Below are positions 53,701-64,000 of a DNA stretch of 64,000 nucleotides, piece after piece (the stretch's first letter is position 1; every line of letters starts with the position of its first letter). The stretch covers positions 62,001 through 126,000 of the forward strand of contig NIVC01000412.1 of NCBI GenBank assembly GCA_002269645.1. Reading direction: 5' to 3'. The DNA is from Macrostomum lignano. Lineage: Eukaryota. A model generated the notes under the pieces. That model was not told where the DNA came from, did no database searches, and saw nothing but the letters and a program-made list of their open reading frames with translations. Position numbers and translations under genes: made by a program.

Positions 53701-56700
53701 GTGCCACCGATGGAATCCGGGGGGCGCCTGCGTTAGCCAGCAGGGATTCGACTAAATGCCGAGTGCGCGGATGTCCTGGCCGGTAGGGTGGCTTGCAGCT
53801 TCAGAACCTCCTGTACTACTTGTGGCCACTACGACAGCTTAAAGTAGCCACTAGGCCCTGCCAGTTGAAGTCAACGACGGCGCAGCAGGTCGCTTGGATG
53901 GATCAGGATGGCACGTTGATACAGTGCCGCACTCGTGACTTGCCGCACTCGTGACTTGCCGCACTCGTGACTTGCCGCACTCGTGACTTGCCGCACTCGT
54001 GACTTGCCGCACTCGTGACTTGCCGCACTCGTGACTTGCCGCACTCGTGACTTGCCGCACTCGTGACTTGCCGCACTCGTGACTTGCCGCACTCGTGACT
54101 TGCCGCACTCGTGACTTGCCGCACTCGTGACTTGCCGCACTCGTGACTTGCCGCACTCGTGACTTGCCGCACTCGTGACTTGCCGCACTCGTGACTTGCC
54201 GCACTCGTGACTTGCTCGTCGTCGATCGTGAAGGCCAACCAATTGGTCTTCCCAGAAGACCAATCATTTGCGCCGCGTCATCATGCTGTTTAAGCACGTC
54301 TGTCAGCGTCAAAGACGATGTGCATCAGGACACTCTAACAAAAACATAGCTAGGAAGTACTTTTAGAAATATTTACCTCAGTGCAGTGTGATAAAACAAT
54401 TTCCAGTGACTATACGGGGTGAATTGAGCCTATAGGAATCCGATTAAATTTAGGGTTTTACCTTTTTAGACGACCTCCGTTCTGTCTGCTATGTAAATTA
54501 GAGAAAGAATTTTACAGTTTATTTTCTAAGATTAGATCGCAACTCATCTTTGTAGTCCTCGATCGTAGCGTAGCGTGACTTATTAGTTGCTAATGATGGG
54601 TTTCGACCTTTTCGGCCCCTTTCGGGAAGCCTTCGGGCCTCAGGTCTCAGAAATAAATCAATTAGAGTCCTGGCCCCCCACTCCTGTCAGATGGTCAGCC
54701 CCATGGTAGCTTGATCGTGTGGCGAGCAGTCTAGGTCCTATAGCTAAGAGAGGGACAGCGAGAGACAAGCAGGGAGAATTTTGAAGGTAGAAATTAGTTA
54801 ATCCGCAGATTAGCTAACTCGCTGCCACCAGCCCGTGCGTCTTGGCTCACCAAACTGGGATTTTCGAAATCGGGCTTCCGACTAGAAGGGGCTTTGCACT
54901 TACCTGCCAACTAGTGTCTTTTTGCTGTCAATCTCGAAGTCATAGCCGATGGTAAAGGACACTGCTGGGACTAGATCGCGTTGGCCATGCAGGTACAGAG
55001 GGGACTTGTGCAGGGGATTCTTGCAGTGGCGAGACTATGAGGTAGCTCCATGTACTATTACATTGCTAAATACGAGGAATTGTACTTGGCCTTCAACGCG
55101 CCAACTAGCCTCTCGTAGCGCTGATGATAGGCTAACTCGAACATCGGAGACCGCATGATTCATTACCCGAGCCGCTTGTCGGACCTAGAGTGCACAAAGT
55201 ACATCTCTAGCGCCGATTTTGCACTATTGGCATTTTGCTCACTGATTTGATAGATTGATCGACTGAGAACTGCCTTGCCATAGGTCCACTGTGACCGGCG
55301 CCTACTAGCTTAGCTATTCATCTGAGCCATCGGCGAACAAAGAAATAAAACCGATAAAAATAACTGTCAGATTTAACCTTCTCCTTAAATCACTTCACAC
55401 TTCAGATTGAATTGGAGTTTCGGGCTACTAACAGTATTATTGAATGGTTTCTGCCTCAATAACAGCACTGCTGAACAAAATGAGCATCCAGCTACTGAAA
55501 TAGGGGACAGATAAGGAATCACCCAGTCAAGCAAGTCTAGGTAGCCTCTCACCCAACCAATCAGAAACTCAACAGCCGGAGACCAGGTAATCCACAGTGA
55601 CCGAATCGGCTTAGTGCTTCGCAGCTGTAGGCCCGGGATGACGCTGATGTCACAATCTTCGCAGATAGCTAGCAGGTGATGTTCTTAATCTTGATGTTCG
55701 CTGCTGACGACCGGGGGATTCGTCCTTGATGATGATGGGGAGAGTCGCGATTCGGGGATCAAGAGACGACGGTCGAGCTCCGGGAGGTCTAAGTTAGGCC
55801 AAAGTCCCAGGAGGCGGAGCAGGAGGTGGAGTCCGAGCGGGCCAAAACACCGGTTTAAATAGCCGCCAACTGGACCGCAGTTTGTTATAATGGAACACCT
55901 CGACGCTGATTGGCTGAGCCGATTTGTTATAACGCATGTCGAATTTTCTAATTGGCTGAGCTTGTTGCCACCCTATCAGTTCCCTCGGGACCATAAAAAT
56001 ACGACAGGTGCGGTCATAAATCACTCAAAATCGCTACATAATGATTTATGACCTTTCGCGTAGAAATGACAAAAATTAATGAAAAAATATACATTAGAAA
56101 GCTCTTATTAAGTAGAAAGTGAAGATAATGAAGACAAATCGCTAATCGCTAATCCCAACGCACTTTTAGGGGTAAAACGCATAGCTGTCAAAGCTGTCAC
56201 ACGCTTGAGTAAACACGAACAGTAGGCCCTGACCTCATAAATCTTGATGGCCTGTCAAAATGATGAGAAAAGAGCTACCACCCGCATCCTCTCAGACCAT
56301 CTGGCGCCAGTCTCAGCATTGAGTGAGGCGCAGGTGGCTGTCAGACCAGCTCAAAAGCAATGATTTATGACCCAAAAGCCGCAACTATGTTATTATAGCT
56401 ACAAGTATGGCAAAATCATATAACTAGTATGAATTCTAGGAAAATTACATAAAGAGAAGAAAAAATGCCCATAGCCTGTTGTTAGTAGGCTAGAAAGTTT
56501 GGAGCCCATGTGCGAGCGTGAAGTTTGGAAAAAAGTGCGTCCTCATCACAAAAATCATATTTTTCAGATCTGTGTATCCAGCATCTGTGCCACCTGCAAC
56601 CTGCTAGAGTACAGTTCGGCTGCAGGCACTTCCGGTTTCACTGCGTCTGAACTCACTCAGCGAATAGTATACTTGGGCATTGTTAACCGCTCGACAGACT

Positions 56701-58561
56701 GCGTCGGCCGATCCCAATTCGAACGCTTCGGCGACTTCCGCTATCTCGTTTTTATCCCGAAAAAAATTCGAGATGCCAGCCAACCATACTCCTTCACGGT
56801 GAGCCTCAGTGGCAATTTCTCGGCTTACAACTGCCCGACTTCTCGGAGGCGACGCAGCGCCGACTTGTTCGACAAATCCGACAGTTTCCTCCAGCTGCTG
56901 TCGCGCTCTCGACGCGCGGTGCCCACGGACTGCGCGTGTCCTGTCGGCCAGGACCCGGTGTTTGTCAGCGCTCGAACTGTTCAGCTGACCTGGAATTACC
57001 CGCTAAAGCCCTACGAAACTGCTCTGGGCGATGGCAACTCTGCCGGCTTCATGTCGTTGGCCCGCGAGTCCTACTACCTGCTGATGAACGCTGTGCGAAG
57101 TGCCTCAAATCTGACCTCGATTGTCAGTGACTTCTTTGACATCTCCTTCAGCCCAGACGGAAACGGAACAAAGCTGACAGCGAAGCTAACTGTTCGCAAT
57201 GACTCATTCTACTCGGACTCTTATCTGGAGGAGCAGCTCAGGGCAATTATTCCTGGCTACGGTAGCAACGTCGTGAACCTCACGATCGGCCCGCTGCCAG
57301 CGTCAGCCCTGGCCACAACGGAAAGCACGGCTACCTTAGCAAGCACTGAGGCTCCCTACGTGTTTCCACCGTACGCCATTGCGCTTCTCTGTGTTCTAGG
57401 CGTTGTTATAGTTGCTGCTGCACTAGGCGCGTTCTGGTGGTACCGGCATGTAAGTCATGTTTTAGATTTGCAGAACATCCTAAAAATGATACTTTTGGAC
57501 AAACATAACCCGTCTTTATTACTCATTTTCGTATGCTGGCCCGAAATTTTGCAGCACCAGCTGAAGCTGCTCCAACCGCCGATTCATTTCTATCCGGACG
57601 AAAATCCGGCAGAATTTTCCAGCCTGACAAACGGAAAAGGCGGCTCGTTGAGGCAACCGGAGCCCGACCCATCATACTTCAACTCGCCAGCATTCAGCAT
57701 TGACGGTGAAGTCCTGCAGCCAAACACTGCCAACCCGTGGATAACCAGTCACCAGTGAGTGCCGGCTGTCTTTCATGCTGGCGCTCTGACAGGCGCTTGC
57801 TAACTCTGATACTCCTTGATATGCCCTCCATAGGGATTCTTACCTGTCAATTTATATTACTCTCTTTTCGGTACATGTAGTAACAAAATGCGCACACAGC
57901 CTTGCCTCAGAAATACTTGAGCTTGAGCAAGAAGTGTAAAGCCCGTTTCCAAGATGTGAAAGTGCAAGTACTCATAATGAGTCATAAATAATTAAAGTTA
58001 GGACTGTCCCTAGAGACAACTTTTGCTGAAAACTGTATTAGAAAGAAAAGGACACAGTTTTTATCACTAAATGTACTGTTTCTAACCTGACCTTTCAAAT
58101 AGAAAGTAGAGGCATGTGCTCTGTCCAATTTCGATTCATTTCGATTCAAGTTTATCAAGTTAAATTTGATACAAATTCGAACAGAATTTTCCAAACCGAT
58201 TTTTATAGAAGGTAGTAATGACGTCAAATACTCGCAAATAGCTTAGAATTTGAATTATGGAAATTTAGGAAACGATGTACCCTATTGCTTTTGTCAGTCA
58301 GGTTTTTGTGTAATCAGGCATACCAAGTGGAGAATCCCCATTCGCTGTATGCAGCAGCAGCCGCTGCAGCAGAACTGCTTTCGGCCAGAGACAACTCGAC
58401 AAAAAGCCAATCAAGCTCGCAGCCCTCACCCTCACACGGACTGCAAGCCAGGCCAGCTGGTAGTAGACAGAATCGGCTATAAAAAAACAACCAATCAGAG
58501 AAGAGAACCTCTTAGTCAAACAATGCAGTTTCAACTGTTTTTATTTAGTATGTTTCTTTAA
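47792..58561 (+). CDS. Mucin/SEA-like type-I membrane protein 2 (giant stalk); one apparent 1-bp frameshift; 5' end unresolved
   Basis: Exons 47792-52854 (~1690 aa T/G/A-rich), 52953-53152, 56568-57449 (Cys domain, RRRR/RSRR, SEA-like, [26 protein letters not shown]), 57555-57754, 58318-58561. Same phases as, and clear homology to, the gene at 34918-39763. Confidence 0.85.
48040..51890 (+). repeat. Coding 54-bp (18-aa) mucin repeat, ~71 copies ([18 protein letters not shown] / [18 protein letters not shown] types)
   Basis: Period 54; a diagnostic variant recurs at multiples of 54. Confidence 0.97.
52082..52765 (+). repeat. Coding 21-bp (7-aa) repeat PGGATTV, ~32 copies
   Basis: CCTGGAGGAGCCACGACTGTA units in frame with the mucin exon. 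Confidence 0.97.
53925..54212. repeat. 18 perfect copies of a 16-bp unit TGCCGCACTCGTGACT
   Basis: No variant units seen across 288 bp. Confidence 0.98.
54813..56006 (-). mobile_element. Possible LTR plus PBS-like site of a truncated retroelement
   Basis: Minus strand starts TGTCG at 56006, has two GCTCAGCCAAT boxes and TATTTAAA, and TGGTGGCAGCG at 54830-54820 (same core as the PBS at 637). No TSD or second LTR found. Confidence 0.35.
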
Positions 58562-58683
58562 AATAGTGATAAGCGCCTACTTTGATACATGTGCGAGGAC
58601 TGTTCCAAAAGTAGTGTTACATGTACTTTTCATTGTATCTCGCGTTCTGGTGAGCCAAATAACGTAATTTCGCACAAAGGGCC

Positions 58684-58790
58684 TGTCAACTTAAGCTCAT
58701 AAAGCTCATAAAGCTCATAAACTTTGGGTAGCTAGGGGAGAATAAGCAAGGGGATAATTGAGGACTCTAATTTATGAGCTTAAGTTGACA
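58684..58790. mobile_element. Tiny MITE-like element with perfect 20-bp TIRs
   Basis: TGTCAACTTAAGCTCATAAA (58684-58703) / TTTATGAGCTTAAGTTGACA (58771-58790); AAGGGC / GCCCTT just outside may extend the TIR. Confidence 0.7.
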
Positions 58791-61700
58791 TAATTATGCC
58801 CTTCTGCCCCGTCCACCTGGAGGACGGGGGCACAAGGCACGGGGCAGCCGAGATAATTGCGCAACTTTCATCGGCTCTTTAATTACACATCATTTTACAC
58901 ATTTACTGCAGCCAGTTACCAGTTGGTCAGCTGCCACTTCAAAATTTTGCAAACTTGTTGACTTACTGTAAGTCATGCTCCCATATTGGTCCTAGCTTCT
59001 GATAAATTTTTGTTTAGAACTTTTGTTTCCATTGTCTGTCTTTAAAGATGTTAAAGTTACGCTCGTAATATGAATAAGAAAGTTGCTGCTATAGATTTGT
59101 GCAAAAAGATGTTATTTGGATCATCAGAACGAGAGATTTAATGAAAAATAACACTGCTTTTGGGACAGCCCTCGTACATGTGCAACTAATCCAAGGACTC
59201 CTCAAACTCAAGACTACTCAATTAGTCCCTGAACTAATCAAAAACCCTTCTGCTTCTATTAATCCTTAATTGCGCCAATAAGCAGATATTATATTTATAA
59301 CAAAAACAGAAATTCAATAACAGCCTAACAATAGCCTTGCTAAATCCTTGCGCGCCACTCGCAGGGCGATGATCAGTCAAGCGGAAAGCCACGACCCGCT
59401 GGGCCTCAGAGACTTTGAGAAGCAGGCTGTGAATCAGGGCAGAGCCAGTCTCCTTGACAGCCAGTCGCCATTGTGAAGTAAGTGCGTGTAACACCTGCTA
59501 GCTAATCTGCTTCACAAACAGTCAGTGCCTTTCCTATGGAATGTCTCACATTCACATTCCATGCCAAGGCGAAATCTTTGCTGTTACCTTTCAATTTCCT
59601 GTGATAGTTGATTCATTATACTAGAACTTAATGTACTTCAAGTTGCCTTATAGCGACAAACCTCGGATACCAGAAACTAAACTAACTGTTATGCGTATGA
59701 AACTGTAGAAAGAAGCACTTTTATATTTAGTACACATGTATTTTCGAGCTATTTTTTATTATAAAATACAATGTGTTGCAGCATCAAATATATGTATTTT
59801 ATTCGGCAAAAAGACAATGATCGTAAGCTTGAGGCTAACTTTTCTCCTCGCTTAAACACTGCCTTCTTTAAAATTGAAGAATATTAGCTAATTCACTTCG
59901 TAATTGAGTAGCTACTCAGGTGATCTCCATGCACTCCCGAAGCCTGGAGTTAAATATTTCTAGCTGAATGACGGCAAAGCAATCTGAACATACGTGATAC
60001 GCAAATGACAGCGATAAGTATTTGTGCCGGGTTTACCCTAACACATACTTTCGATTAAATTTCTTCATTAATTGTACATTGAAGCTTTACGAAATACTTT
60101 TTAGCTATTGGTTCTTAAATCCTGCATTTATTGTTCGTTAACTTTAGTTTAGAAAATCAAATTCGCGCCAAATAGATAAGCAACGTAGTACACTGTTGAT
60201 ATGAGTTAAATTTAAATGCCTTTTAATAGTTTAACAAAAAGTAAAAAAAAATCTATAAAAATGCTCTACAAATGGAAACAGTATAACTTTTTAGTTATAG
60301 ATTTTCCCATTTTAATTTTGACGCGAATTCAATTTTAAAAAATTTACCTACTGAAAATTTAGAATCGTCTCCATACTAAACGGACCAATAATGCATACAA
60401 TCGCAAACTGAATTAAGGAGTTAAAATTTCATTTATGAGGACCAGTTGTATCTTTAGCTAGATTAATACACTTTGTTGTAAAATATTTTGCCGCAACGAA
60501 ATAACGGGAGAGTTCAGTAAAAACCAGGAATCTTTACCATCGTTTTAAATGTGATCAATTATAAAAAAGTAAGTTTTGAAAAAAGAAATGAATGGTAATT
60601 ACTTTGCCTAATGCATAAACATGTCAGGTTAGGCATACATACCCAAAAATAGGCATGTATTTATCCTGTCAGGAACCGCTACATGACACAAAACGACATC
60701 AGGCAGAAACTGGTGTTTTCTGTTAGCGATAGAGAAACCAACGGTAAATCAGTGGACAGACGTTCTGATTTTGAAACCGACGTTTGAGGACCGGACGCCC
60801 GATCACGGCAGGACTGTCAGGCACTTTCAATTCCCCTACTACCTTGTCAATATATATGAATAAGAAATCAAAATGGTTAAATCAAAAAGCCATAAAACAA
60901 CCGAAAGTATTTTCTCAACTAAATAATGAATCTGAATTGGTTGTAAAACTATTTGAAGCCGTTTTAAACTCATTTTTATTGCATTTAGCAAGAGGGGGCA
61001 GCAGTTAAAAATAGGATTTTCCAGTGTCACACTGTTTTACTGACAAGGGGGTTGCGTCGCTGAAATTAAATTAAACTTACGCAAAAATACCATAAATGCA
61101 AAAAAGTGAATCTAAACACTGAGTGACTGTGTACAAAAAACACACAGAAACTTAGCCTTGGAGTGCAAAAAGAGTGCAAAGTGGAACGTAAAGTTGCGTA
61201 CAGCTGAATTATTTTACAGAGACAGAAGCTGCATACGAGAGTACTGCTGACTGGACTAAGGACTCGTTAAAAATTAGAGAGAAATTCGTTTAGCGCGTCA
61301 TCAACCGCCGTTTCCGAGCAGTTCTCTCTCAAATTTTGAGCACAAAAATGTAATCAGCGCACGCAGTCGCTGTGGAACCTAGAAGTTCTTGGAACACTGC
61401 AAAACGGGAAAACAAAGCAGACTCTGACTGACAGAAAGGCAACTAAGCTTCGAGGTTTAACGGTCGTGCGCTAAAATATGCTGCCGTGTGTAAAAGTTAT
61501 AGTAAATAAATTTTTGTTAGCAAATGAAAAACTAAGTTGGGAAACCTAAGTAGACAAGACGGTTCAAGCGATCGACAATTGCAAGAGATTTTTTGTCGTA
61601 CAGTTTAGAAAGCTGGTGACGGGTTTAGCACTTTTGTTGGCGAGTTTTGTTGGTGGGTGCAGTGCCGTTTCGTTGTGCGTTCTTTGCGACATTACGACAT

Positions 61701-62094
61701 TACAATAGGCGCACTGCAGATCGGGGGCTGGTTCATAGGCGAGTATATACGCGGTAAATGCTTTTACAAGAAGGTATTAAGTAAATGAAGCAGCCGGTTA
61801 CATCTTAAAGTATAGAAAAGTACCCGATGTTTGGAAGCAATTCTTTACTCGAGCATGAGTACAGTTTCACAGTTAAAGAGAATTCTGTCTACCAGTCAAA
61901 GACTTCGGATCCAGTGCCTTGGCGACCGCAGTAGCTTGACTGATTCAAGCTGATTCGCTCTTCTGTGCCCGGCTTCGGTTCGATGGTCGCTGTGTCGTCG
62001 CATCCGCCTTTGTTTGTCTTTGACTGAGGTGTCTGAAAAATAAATTTTTAGTGGTGGCTTTTTTAATTTAATAGCGCTTTGCGGATTTTTATCT

Positions 62095-62378
62095 ATTAAT
62101 AACAATAATTAATGTAATTGATCACACCTGCCCTAATGACCACATGTGCAACCGACAGCTCATCTCAAGGCTGCGCACGGCTGTTCAGTCCAAGGACTGG
62201 GGGGTCGCCACACAACCTTCAATTACCCCAGCTAATGCTGGCACCCATTTTACTGCAGGGTGAACTGAAGCAATTCAGAGTTAAGTGTCTTGCTCAAGGA
62301 CACAAATTATTCCGGTGGGATCGGGAATCGATCCCCGACCTTAAAGTCTTGAGTCCGACGCTTTAATCACTAGGCTAC
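62095..62378 (-). mobile_element. tRNA-derived SINE, second copy
   Basis: Collinear with 39890-40207 (head, GTGTCCTTGAGCAAGACAC core, GGTTGCACAT 3' part, AT tail). Confidence 0.85.
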
Positions 62379-62563
62379 AATCCTCTTTTTAATATGCATT
62401 TGATATATCTGGAATATAATACAATAAACCACGTTGAGGCATGATAATATTTTCATCATGTGTCTTATAACGAATCTACCGTTTTTCAGACGACAAGTAA
62501 TAGAAACCTTTCTCCCCTCACACATAAAAATGGTTAGGACGAAGGATAAAACTATGGCTAGAG

Positions 62564-64000
62564 TTACCATCGATCAATCCTAAAACCCTTCAATGTACGG
62601 CGTCCTACACCCGGGTCTGACAGGAATTTTGTTATAATAAAAGCGATACTCACACGAGTAGCAGCCGAATCTGTATCGCCCTGCGACTTCAGCAAGTCCT
62701 GCACCTCCCGGTAAAGACTGTTCATTAGCAAGCCGGTCTCGGAGAGTCCGTCGCATCCTTCGGTGAGATCGTGTAACAATTGCGCCTCCTCGTCCAGGCC
62801 GGTTTCTGCGGCGTCGATTTGATAGCATTCGCTCGCGTCAACAGCCGCTTGCTCGCTAATGTCGTTTGCGTCCGCTGCCGGCGTGCCGTCCGCGTCGGTG
62901 CCGACAGCCACGGCGGTTGCCGTTGTCTGACTTTGCGGCAAAGGAGACGCCCACCAACGATTTTCGCTTTCACCGGTGCAGTCTGGCAGTGCCGCTTCTT
63001 TAGACAATAAATTCAACGCTTCTTTAGCGGACGTTCGAGTCCCATCGCCGACTGCTAGGCAGTCTTGCTGGCGCTGCTGAGCCCGGATCCGCTGCACCTT
63101 GCGGAACGTGACAAAGCAGCTGTTGGTGTTGCTCATGTTGCTCTTGTTCTTCGGCTTGTTGCGCATTGCAGACTTTCGGGCGGCCTTCTTGGCCTCAATG
63201 ATGGCGGCCGCTGACGGCTGCTTGCCAACGCGGAAGTGCAGCTGCATGGACTTAATCTTCGCCACCTCCTCCAGCATCTCCTTGGATAGGTAGGTCCAGC
63301 CGTCTTTGATTGAGTTGAATTCCTGGACAACCCCAATTTTGATGTCGTTAAACTTCGTCTGCAGTCGATAATTAACGGTGAAGTCGACGGTGTTTGCTGG
63401 GAATGGTGGAAAGTTTGAATTGACAAAGAACACGAGCTCCTTCGAGTGGAGCAGAATCCGTGTGAGAAGGGCTATCATTTTAGAGATGTTGGCTACGGAA
63501 GCAAGGCGCCGGTTTTCCAGCATTTTGTGCTCCTCGAGGTGCTGGAATTTCTTATAGCCAGACTGGATCTTGGCAAATATGACGTCCAGCTTTTCCTGCT
63601 CGCGTTGGATCATGTTGAGCACTAGAGTGACCACATTGCGTAGGTCGCGAGCCCGCGATGAGTCCGCTGGCAGTCGTTCGCCGTTTACAAAGAAGCCGCG
63701 CTTGCTGAGAACAATAATTGAATCCAGGCACACCTGAAATTCAGTTTGGTACTTTATGAGAACTCGACAACCCAACAATGTCTCGCGATCTGATCGTCTT
63801 TGGCACGTGGTTCTCGGGTGTGTACTGGACTCATGACGAAATGACAAGCACGGCATCATCCCTTACAAAACTACAAAACTACACCAGACCCCCAGCGTAC
63901 CTGCATCCTCTTGCTAGTCTTGTCCTTCTCCAACGCGTAGTACAACACCCGGAGAGCTTCCGACACGTAATTGCGCGGCTTTTTCTTCTTCTTAGCGGCC
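62564..64000 (-). CDS. 3' part of a protein of unknown function (helical/coiled-coil region, basic stretch, acidic tail)
   Basis: Exon 64000-63901 (AAKKKKKPRNYVSEALRVLYYALEKDKTSKRMQ, GTACGC donor) splices in phase 0 to 63733-62564 (390 codons open). No family recognised. Confidence 0.8.

Noticed and set aside
53851-54312. ORFs with [16 protein letters not shown] repeats
   Set aside because: The same peptide appears in all three frames because the unit is 16 bp; no evidence of coding.
54685-56006. Complete solo LTR with TGTC...GACA ends
   Set aside because: Flanks (ACTCC / GGTGC) give no target-site duplication; kept only as a low-confidence LTR-like feature.

Overview
Eukaryotic (animal) genomic DNA: spliced genes with short AT-rich introns, GC-rich exons, and many transposons and minisatellites. 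The style would fit an invertebrate such as a free-living flatworm, but I cannot verify that. No prokaryotic features and no CRISPR array. Left half: two tandem minus-strand paralogs (A: <1078-17631; B: 24842-30063) encoding secreted-type proteins with signal peptide, atypical C-type-lectin-like domain, an unrecognised Cys domain and Sushi/CCP repeats. Paralog A has amplified a two-exon, three-Sushi module by unequal crossover. Its introns carry a young, internally deleted Ty3/gypsy element, a 5'-truncated RNase-H LINE, an older RNase-H remnant, and an LTR with a doubled tRNA-Leu PBS. Right half: two plus-strand paralogous type-I membrane proteins with a Thr-rich stalk, a Cys-containing domain, paired furin sites, a SEA-like domain and a TM helix. 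The stalk exon is 58 codons in one and ~1690 in the other. They flank an orphan class-A GPCR with degenerate DRY/NPxxY motifs. There is also a small 3-exon gene near 32 kb, an unknown gene running off the right edge, two tRNA-derived SINEs, and several inverted-repeat elements whose ends appear to have seeded tandem arrays. Exon models were read by eye from splice signals and phase compatibility.
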